Positions 56,771-64,000 of a stretch of 64,000 nt of DNA are shown one piece after another (positions within the stretch are counted from its first letter, which is position 1; the number at the start of each line of letters is the position of its first letter). Below the pieces are notes generated by a model, which worked only from the letters and a program-made list of their open reading frames with translations, did no database searches and was not told the origin of the DNA. A program made the translations under genes and the position numbers. Source of the DNA: a candidate division FCPU426 bacterium (lineage in GTDB: Bacteria > Oederibacteriota > PGYV01 > Palsa-1178); assembly GCA_963840035.1 (NCBI GenBank), contig CAWIXE010000001.1, forward strand, positions 960,001-1,024,000, read 5' to 3'.

Positions 56771-59746
56771 ATGAACTTTAGCAAATTTCATAGGACAACA
56801 GGGGTTGTTCATTTTTTTTCACCCCCTGTTAAACCGTTTAAACGCGATCCCGCTTATAACGCATGCATGCTGATTGTTACCGTATTTCTTATGTTTTTTT
56901 ACGATAACTGCCTGGCATGGGTAAATGCCGGCTTTGAAACCGGAGACACTTCTTCCTGGAGTGTGAGCAGGAGCGTTACAACAAGGGCGGATGTCGTTTA
57001 TACGCCGACAGTAACTGTAGCAACTCACGGAGCCGCACCGCATACGCAGGGAACCATATGCGCCGCGCCGGCTGTATGCCTTGATAAAGTGCGCTCGGGC
57101 AATTATGCGGCACAGATGCATTCGGGCCGCGGCGGGAGCGATGGATTTGACGACTGGGCTAGGATACAGCAGACTGATTTAGTTCCAACAAACGGTAATA
57201 CCTGCCTTTCTTTCTGGTTTTCTGCTGTCTTAACAGGAAAACATTATCTTTCTGACGGCGCGCCTGATGAGGACGCAAATATACTTCTTGAAGTAATAGT
57301 GAACGGCAGGGTTGTTGCCAGTCAGAGCTTTAACTATTTTACAATGCTAAACCAGCTGGTTGATGACGGCGCCGATCCGTATGGAGCGCCGGACCCCGTA
57401 GACGGCGGCGGCGATGATACGCAGGACCAGTGGCGGCACCTGCCTTGGACGCAGTTTTATGTCAACCTTGCGGCTTACGCCGGGCAAAACGCCACGGTAC
57501 GGTTTACCGCTTACGGCTGCAGCCAGGGCGGCCATGACTGCTACGGATTCCTGGATGATGTGAGCTGGGCGGCGTGCCCCGTGGTGGACATGACCCTTGT
57601 CAAATCAAACAGCCCGGCTGGCGTTGTGCACCCTAACGGGAACATAACCTATACACTGAACTATACAACAACGGGGACGGCGGGAATACTCGGGGTAAAA
57701 ATCTACGATACAATACCCCCAGGAACGTCATATGTAAATAATTCCGCTTCAAGCGTGCCGCATTATCCGCTGGTAACTGTCTACGGTGGTATGATTGAAT
57801 GGGATATGGGATACCTGCCGCCCGGAGCGTCCGGAAGCCTAAGTTTCCGCGTAAGGGTCAATACAGCATGTACATCCGTATCCAATACCGCTTCAGAGTC
57901 TGACCTGCAGACAGACGGCTTGAAATCCAACACGGTTTCCAATATTATAGACGGCTGCACGCCGACCGTGACAATGACTTCAACACGCACAATTACAAAT
58001 ACTGTTACCAAGACAATAACAAGGACCACAACACCGACTGTCACCATGACTGCTACAGCAACAAATACAAAGACGGTCACTGAAACCGTGACGCCGTCCG
58101 TTTCCAAAACATATACGGCAACAAAGAGCGATACGCCTACACATACAAGCACTCGGACGGCCACAGAGACTTCTACAGACACCGCCACATATACCCCGAC
58201 AAAAACAATGACGCCGACTAAAACGCCTACAAATACCAATTCGCCGGTTGCCTCTGTCACGCATACACCTACAGTGACTGCCACAAAAACCGCCACACCT
58301 ACACATACAATGACTTCTACAGCCACACATACAAAAACAGCCACGCAGACATTTACGGCCACGCAGACATTTACGGCCACGCAGACATTTACGGCCACGC
58401 AGACATTTACGGCCACCGGGACAACATCGTATACATATACTGCCACACCGACACATACCGCTACAAAAACTTTCACAAATACATCTACGCCGACAAATAC
58501 CAATACTGCGACTGGGACGGTTACTTCCACGCGCACATCTACGGCTACAAGTACCGCGACAGCAACTGCGACAGCCACGAAAAGCGGCACAAATACATTT
58601 ACGCATACCCGCACCGCGACACGCACGGTTACTGTTACCGTGACACTGACCCCGATGCCGACGTTTACGATAACGGCGACGCTGACGGTGTCGGAGACGC
58701 CGTATATACCGGTGCGAGGTTTTCTTTTGAGCATTAACGTATATAATTCGGCAGGCGAGGTTGTCAGGCATATAGCGGGCATGGCTACGCTTTCAAACAT
58801 GACATCCGCTGATGTCCGTATTGACGGGGATGAAAGCGCCAGCGTAATAGGGGAGAACTCAGTGATGGCCATATACCTGCCAGGTGTGCGGCCATCGGCA
58901 AATCCCGGGATGTCAGGGCTTTCATTCACGTGGGATGGAAAGAATGACGCGGGCCAGTTCCTGGCATCAGGCGCGTATATGGTAAAAATTGAGGAAATTG
59001 ACACATATGACCGTCTTACAACTTATAACAGGGATATAACCGTAATGAGGGTCCAGACCTATGCGAAGCTTAAAGTGTTCAACACCGCCGGAGAACTGGT
59101 GCGGATTATAACCGAGATGGGAAAGGTTGTCCCTGATTCGATCTTTCTTGGCAATGACGCAGAGGGGACGCAGGGGGTTAAGGCCCTGGCAAATCCTGAT
59201 GTGATAGTAATAAACAATAATAAGCCAAACGACATTAACATAACATACGGGACAGGCGATAATGACTTTATTATATGGGATGGAAGGAACAGTTTCGGAC
59301 TGGCAGTTTCAAGCGGCATATACGAACTGCAGGTTTGTTTACGGACGCGGGAGGGTTTTTTAAAAGAGGCCACAAGGACCGTGTTCATACGCAACGAAGG
59401 GAAAAAATATCTGGGAAACATAAGCATCGTGCCAAATCCTTACAGAGGGACAACAAACGGCATAGAGATACGGTGGGATTTGGGCGGGGTTACCTGGATG
59501 CCGGACCCCGGCGGCGCTCAGACAGGTGAAGTAGCGGTCCTTATATGTTCCGTTTCAGGCGAACAGGTCAGAAAGATCTACGGCAAACTTCAGGCGGGCC
59601 GGGTTGTATGGGATTTAAAAAGCGCCTCAGGAGAACTGGTTACAACAGGTATTTACATAGCGGTAATAGAGGCAAAGAGTTCGGACGGATATCTGGAAAG
59701 GAAGACGCAGAAGATCGCGGTTGCGGAGTACCGGTTCAAATACTGA
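56771..59746 (+). CDS. Large secreted protein: beta-sandwich + DUF11-like domain, Thr-rich linker, three FlgD-Ig/CTD-like domains
   Basis: NAGFETG, ITYTLNY...DTIPPG, about 240 aa TxT tract with (TATQTF)x4, repeats [13 protein letters not shown]..SGxY, C-terminal PNPY..GIY..KIAV. Confidence 0.8.
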   Translation: MNFSKFHRTTGVVHFFSPPVKPFKRDPAYNACMLIVTVFLMFFYDNCLAWVNAGFETGDTSSWSVSRSVTTRADVVYTPTVTVATHGAAPHTQGTICAAPAVCLDKVRSGNYAAQMHSGRGGSDGFDDWARIQQTDLVPTNGNTCLSFWFSAVLTGKHYLSDGAPDEDANILLEVIVNGRVVASQSFNYFTMLNQLVDDGADPYGAPDPVDGGGDDTQDQWRHLPWTQFYVNLAAYAGQNATVRFTAYGCSQGGHDCYGFLDDVSWAACPVVDMTLVKSNSPAGVVHPNGNITYTLNYTTTGTAGILGVKIYDTIPPGTSYVNNSASSVPHYPLVTVYGGMIEWDMGYLPPGASGSLSFRVRVNTACTSVSNTASESDLQTDGLKSNTVSNIIDGCTPTVTMTSTRTITNTVTKTITRTTTPTVTMTATATNTKTVTETVTPSVSKTYTATKSDTPTHTSTRTATETSTDTATYTPTKTMTPTKTPTNTNSPVASVTHTPTVTATKTATPTHTMTSTATHTKTATQTFTATQTFTATQTFTATQTFTATGTTSYTYTATPTHTATKTFTNTSTPTNTNTATGTVTSTRTSTATSTATATATATKSGTNTFTHTRTATRTVTVTVTLTPMPTFTITATLTVSETPYIPVRGFLLSINVYNSAGEVVRHIAGMATLSNMTSADVRIDGDESASVIGENSVMAIYLPGVRPSANPGMSGLSFTWDGKNDAGQFLASGAYMVKIEEIDTYDRLTTYNRDITVMRVQTYAKLKVFNTAGELVRIITEMGKVVPDSIFLGNDAEGTQGVKALANPDVIVINNNKPNDINITYGTGDNDFIIWDGRNSFGLAVSSGIYELQVCLRTREGFLKEATRTVFIRNEGKKYLGNISIVPNPYRGTTNGIEIRWDLGGVTWMPDPGGAQTGEVAVLICSVSGEQVRKIYGKLQAGRVVWDLKSASGELVTTGIYIAVIEAKSSDGYLERKTQKIAVAEYRFKY

Positions 59747-59806
59747 CTTTTCTGAGGCTGTTATGATATAATTATCCCCGTAATCAATTCATCTGCGGAG
59801 GCTTAT

Positions 59807-62377
59807 ATGGTCGACAGCACAGGATTGCCGGGGCTTGATAAGATCCTAAACGGCATCATTCCGGGGGACAATATTGTATGGCAGACTGATTCCATAGAAG
59901 ACTTTACGCCTTATGTAAAACCTTACTGCGATTACGCAAAATCCATCGGCAGGAAGCTGGTATATTTCCGGTTTGCCAAGCATCAGGCGTTTGTGGACGC
60001 GGAATCAGGGGCTGAAGTCTGCGTATTAAAGCCGGAGGAAGGTTTTGAAAAATTTATAACGGGAATGCACGAAGTCATAACGCGCGTGGGAGACGGCGGG
60101 TATTATATTTTTGACTCGCTTTCAGAGCTCGCTGTCGAGCACTTTTCCGAGGCTATGATTGAAAATTTCTTTGTCTTAACCTGCCCCAGGCTCCTGAAAA
60201 TGAAATGCATCGCTTACTTCATGGTGCTGCGCAATTATAACTCATACCACGCCACCCAGCTTATCACCCGCACAACCCAGCTGATTCTCGATGTTTATAA
60301 CCAGTCCGGAAAGGAATACATACATCCGGTAAAGGTGGACGGGCGCTACTCGCCAACCATGTATATGCTGCATGAACGCCTCGGGGATGATTTTATTCCG
60401 GTCATGGATTCCACTGTGGTGGCGGATGTTTCGGTGTCCGGGCCGTGGTATGGCCTGCAGTCCGCGCCATACAGGGCGGTCGGGCTATGGGACAAGCTTT
60501 TCATTGAGGCTGAAAATATCACCGAATCGTGCAGGCGCGGAGAATGCTCGCAGGAAACAGTGCGGGAAGTGTTTAAACGCCAGCTGCGTCAGCTAATCGC
60601 CACGGATGAGCGCATGCTCGAGATGGCGGCAAAACACATGGACCTGGCCGGGCTGATACATATATGGAAACGCACCATAGGCTCGGGAATGATAGGCGGA
60701 AAATCCGTGGGCATGCTTTTGGCCCATGACATATTAAAAAAAGGGTTTAAGCGTTATGACGAGATAATTGAAAAGCATGACTCATTTTATATCGGTTCCG
60801 ACATATTTTATTCCTTTCTTGTGCAGAACGGGTGCTGGCATATAAGGCAAAAGCAGAAGGACCCGGAGACGCTTTTTGACGGCATAGAAGAGGCGCGCGA
60901 GCGCATCCTCGCGGGTAAATTCCCCAACGAGGTAATAAAAAGATTCTCTGACATGCTTGACTATTTCGGACAAGCCCCTGTAATAGTCCGCTCCAGCAGC
61001 CTTCTCGAGGACAACTTCGGCAATGCATTTTCAGGAAAGTATGAATCCATATTCTGCGTAAATAACGGCACGCGGGAGGAGCGGTTGAAGTATTTCCTCG
61101 ACGCTGTGCGCGTCATATACGCTTCCACCATGTCCAGGGAGGCGCTGGCTTACAGGGCGCGGCGCGGAGTCCTGGAAAATGACGAGCAGATGGCGCTTTT
61201 GGTGCAGCGGGTCTCGGGGGCAAGGCATAAGAACGTGTTTTTTCCGGAACTCGCCGGGGTCGGTTTTTCCTACAATTCATATACCTGGGATGAGTCCATA
61301 GACCCGGACGCGGGACTGTTGCGGTTAGTTTACGGGCTGGGCACAAGGGCCGTGGACAGGCACGATGATGATTACACCAGGATAGTCGCGCTTAACGCGC
61401 CTGAAAAGAGGCCGGAAGGCAATACCAGGGAAGTCCTGAAATTCACCCAGAAAAGGGTGGACGTGCTTAACATAAAAAAAAATGACCATGAAACCGCCTA
61501 CTTTACGGATATTATAAAAGCAAACCCGGACATTGACGTGAGGCTGTTCAGCGCAATAGTGGAAAAGAATGACATGAGCCATAAGGTCATTGATTTCAGC
61601 GGGATATTTTCGGAAACGGCATTCATAAATGATATGAGCGAAATTTTAAGGATATTAAGGGACGCTTACGCAAGCCAGGTCGACATAGAGTTTACCGCCA
61701 ATTTTTTCCCTGACGGCAGGTATAAGATAAACCTACTGCAATGCAGGCCGCAACTGGTAAAAAAGGATACCTCGGCGAAGAGCGCGCTTCCGCAGATGGA
61801 GTCCGGGAATATAATTTTAAAGGCGGGAAGCGGAGTCGTGGGACAGGGAAGGATGGCCGCAATCGACAGGCTTATATATGTGGTGCCGTCAAAGTACGGC
61901 GCGCTGCCTGAGCAGGACAGGTACGCTGTCGCAAGGCTCATAGGCAAACTCGCCCATCATGAGACGTCTGACGCGAATAAGACCATAATGCTTATGGGCC
62001 CGGGAAGGTGGGGGACCAGGATGCCGTCGCTGGGAATACCCGCGACTTTTTCGGAAATAAACACGGCCTCGGTAATATGCGAGATTGGCGTGATGCACGA
62101 GGGATTAACCCCGGACCTTTCAATGGGCACCCACTTTTTTAACGATATGGTCGAGATGAACACCCTGTATATAGGTTTCTTCCCGTCCAAAGAAGGCAAT
62201 GTCCTAAATGAAGAAATGCTGCTTAAACTGCCTGACCATTTCCCTTACCTGATGCCTGAGGAACCGGGATGGAAAGGCGTTATAAAAGTTATAGATTCAG
62301 ACGCTCTGGAAGGCGGTAAAAAACTATATCTGAACGCTGATTCTGTAAAACAGGTGGCTGTTTTATATATAGGATGA
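59807..62377 (+). CDS. PPDK_N (PEP/pyruvate-binding) domain protein with degenerate KaiC/RecA-like N-terminus
   Basis: STGLPGLDKIL, IGGKS, VRSSSLLED..FSGKYES, GLGTRAV, DIEF..LLQCRP, GPGRWG, S.GTHFF. Confidence 0.82.
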   Translation: MVDSTGLPGLDKILNGIIPGDNIVWQTDSIEDFTPYVKPYCDYAKSIGRKLVYFRFAKHQAFVDAESGAEVCVLKPEEGFEKFITGMHEVITRVGDGGYYIFDSLSELAVEHFSEAMIENFFVLTCPRLLKMKCIAYFMVLRNYNSYHATQLITRTTQLILDVYNQSGKEYIHPVKVDGRYSPTMYMLHERLGDDFIPVMDSTVVADVSVSGPWYGLQSAPYRAVGLWDKLFIEAENITESCRRGECSQETVREVFKRQLRQLIATDERMLEMAAKHMDLAGLIHIWKRTIGSGMIGGKSVGMLLAHDILKKGFKRYDEIIEKHDSFYIGSDIFYSFLVQNGCWHIRQKQKDPETLFDGIEEARERILAGKFPNEVIKRFSDMLDYFGQAPVIVRSSSLLEDNFGNAFSGKYESIFCVNNGTREERLKYFLDAVRVIYASTMSREALAYRARRGVLENDEQMALLVQRVSGARHKNVFFPELAGVGFSYNSYTWDESIDPDAGLLRLVYGLGTRAVDRHDDDYTRIVALNAPEKRPEGNTREVLKFTQKRVDVLNIKKNDHETAYFTDIIKANPDIDVRLFSAIVEKNDMSHKVIDFSGIFSETAFINDMSEILRILRDAYASQVDIEFTANFFPDGRYKINLLQCRPQLVKKDTSAKSALPQMESGNIILKAGSGVVGQGRMAAIDRLIYVVPSKYGALPEQDRYAVARLIGKLAHHETSDANKTIMLMGPGRWGTRMPSLGIPATFSEINTASVICEIGVMHEGLTPDLSMGTHFFNDMVEMNTLYIGFFPSKEGNVLNEEMLLKLPDHFPYLMPEEPGWKGVIKVIDSDALEGGKKLYLNADSVKQVAVLYIG

Positions 62378-62486
62378 AGATTATTGATAATCGTCAATAA
62401 ACGATTTTTAAATTTGCCTCATATGGCATTCCCTTACAATTAGTGCTATAATTAGCATGTGAAATATGGGGAATCCCGGAGGAAAA

Positions 62487-63131
62487 ATGAAAAAAATCAT
62501 ATTTATATTAACGGCTATATTTGTCCCGTTATGCCTCATGTCCGCTGACGGCGGACGGGAAAATTACTGTCCGCTTGGTATAAACCAGAACTGGGTATAC
62601 TCGCTTTTCAGCAAAAAAGACAATGTACAAAAAGACGACATTCATACTTTTATAAAAACAATTGAAAAATTCGACGGGACGGACTGTTATTTCTATGAGG
62701 CCCCGTCAAAATCAATATATGTATATTTTATCACCGGCGTTACGGGTATATACGCCAAAGCTGTGCGCACAAACCTGCCTGTGCTGGGATTTATTAATGT
62801 GGATATAGTTTTTGACCCGCCCGGGCTTTTACTTAAGTCTGAAATAAAAGACGGGGATAAATGGCGGTATGAAGGCAAGGCTGTCCTGAAAACCCTCGCC
62901 ATTATAAACATAGAAACAAAAGTATCGGCTGACATAAAGATGATAGGCATGGAAAACATAACGGTGCATGGCCGCAAGTTCAAAGCCTACCACGCCGAGG
63001 CTACCGCAAGCAGGAACTGGAATGACGAGACGCCCATGAAGTTCGACTGCTGGCTCGTGAAAAATGTTGGGCTGGTAAAGGGCGAGACAAAAAATTCCCT
63101 GCTGGAAATAAAGGAATGCTACACGGAATAA
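62487..63131 (+). CDS. Secreted hypothetical beta-rich protein (DUF3108-like)
   Basis: Signal peptide; YCPL..WVY, ENITV.G.F, W.VKNVGLVK. Confidence 0.6.
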   Translation: MKKIIFILTAIFVPLCLMSADGGRENYCPLGINQNWVYSLFSKKDNVQKDDIHTFIKTIEKFDGTDCYFYEAPSKSIYVYFITGVTGIYAKAVRTNLPVLGFINVDIVFDPPGLLLKSEIKDGDKWRYEGKAVLKTLAIINIETKVSADIKMIGMENITVHGRKFKAYHAEATASRNWNDETPMKFDCWLVKNVGLVKGETKNSLLEIKECYTE

Positions 63132-63173
63132 CTTAAAATTTGTAGTTTAAAATGAAAGCGAGTGAAAAGCGTT

Positions 63174-64000
63174 ATGTTTATAGAAACGGAAGTGCTGATA
63201 AAAAAGCTGCTTCGTGTCTTTAATCCCGATGAGATCATGATAAGGCTGTTAAAACTTTCAAGGCTGGACAAGCCGGCCGACCAGCCAGGCCTCATTATGA
63301 TTCAGATTGACGGACTGGGTTATGACCAGTTCAAGACAGCCCTTGAAAAAGGGCAAATGCGCAACATGAAAAGAATCGTTAAAAAAGAGGGCTTCTCATA
63401 CGGCCGGCTTTACCCGGGGCTGCCTTCAAGTACTGCCGCGGTACAGGGGGAACTTTTTTACGGCGTGAAAAAGGCAATCCCGTCTTTTAGCTACAGGGAC
63501 AGCAGCACGGGTAAAATATTTAACATGCTGAATCCGGAGTCGACACTGTCCGTTGAAACGCGCCTGCGGGAGGCCGGCGGCGAACCGCTTTTGAAAGGCG
63601 GAAGCGTATTCGGCAATATGTTCACCGGCGGGTCTGATGAAGCGCACTTCTGCGTCTCGGCTGCCGGATGGAAGCGGTTTTTCAGGACCGCAAGTTTTGT
63701 CGCTTTTACCCTTTCCATATTACTCCACCTGCATATCTTCATAAGTTTGATATTCGAATTAATTTTACAAACCCTCATCGGGTTATTTGTTGTTTTCCGG
63801 TCAGTTTTCAGGCTGGAAAAGATAGGCGACGGGTTAAGAAACAGCGTTATCAGGGCGCTTGTATGCTCGCTGATGAAGGATATTATCACCATAGGCGCCA
63901 GGATAGACGTGGCGCGCGGCCTGCCGGTAATACATTTGAACCTTGTGGGATACGATGAAATGTCGCATCTGATGGGGCCGAAATCATTTACGGCCCACCA
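63174..64000 (+). CDS. Alkaline phosphatase superfamily protein; 3'-truncated by window edge
   Basis: Not in ORF track (no stop inside the window): PGLIMIQIDGLG...GLPSSTAAVQGELFYG...GYDEMSH. Confidence 0.8.
   Translation, partial: MFIETEVLIKKLLRVFNPDEIMIRLLKLSRLDKPADQPGLIMIQIDGLGYDQFKTALEKGQMRNMKRIVKKEGFSYGRLYPGLPSSTAAVQGELFYGVKKAIPSFSYRDSSTGKIFNMLNPESTLSVETRLREAGGEPLLKGGSVFGNMFTGGSDEAHFCVSAAGWKRFFRTASFVAFTLSILLHLHIFISLIFELILQTLIGLFVVFRSVFRLEKIGDGLRNSVIRALVCSLMKDIITIGARIDVARGLPVIHLNLVGYDEMSHLMGPKSFTAH

Noticed and set aside
57781..59004. 407-aa Val-rich and 263-aa Cys/Arg-rich antisense ORFs
   Set aside because: Mirror of the ACN Thr-codon tract of the + strand gene

Overview
Bacterial chromosomal window, moderate GC, almost all genes on the + strand. 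It comes from a diderm (PorV-like and other outer-membrane barrels, lspA/lgt, LpoB) and probably an anaerobe. The Thr-rich FlgD-Ig proteins and gene style resemble candidate phyla such as Goldbacteria, but that is inference only. Gene content, first half: a MarR-HlyD-DHA2 efflux operon, cstA, three tRNAs (Ser-GGA, Ala-CGC, Ser-CGA), tadA, a glutaredoxin plus FTR-rubredoxin pair, a cNMP module (Crp-type protein, degenerate cyclase-like membrane protein, class II PDE), an ECF sigma/anti-sigma/DUF3106 locus and a GT-C/TPR glycosylation cluster. Second half: an OMP-LpoB-3xCOG3014 lipoprotein cluster, ileS...lspA-lgt-rluD, a GMPP-PMM gene, a ribokinase-transketolase fusion, a DUF559 nuclease inside long inverted repeats, and secreted/lipoprotein genes. 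Main signals: (1) three identically spaced GTAAAC-N17-CGTC ECF promoters that outline an envelope regulon; (2) a DUF559 element with ~80-bp terminal inverted repeats plus two non-coding MITE-like relatives; (3) a four-copy hairpin family with an invariant 26-nt tip and co-varying stems; (4) heptamer inverted-repeat arrays that also sit in-frame inside genes; (5) hairpins and tandem repeats built from tRNA 3' ends; (6) four 1-nt frameshifts that may be assembly errors. All product calls come from motif recognition, not database searches.
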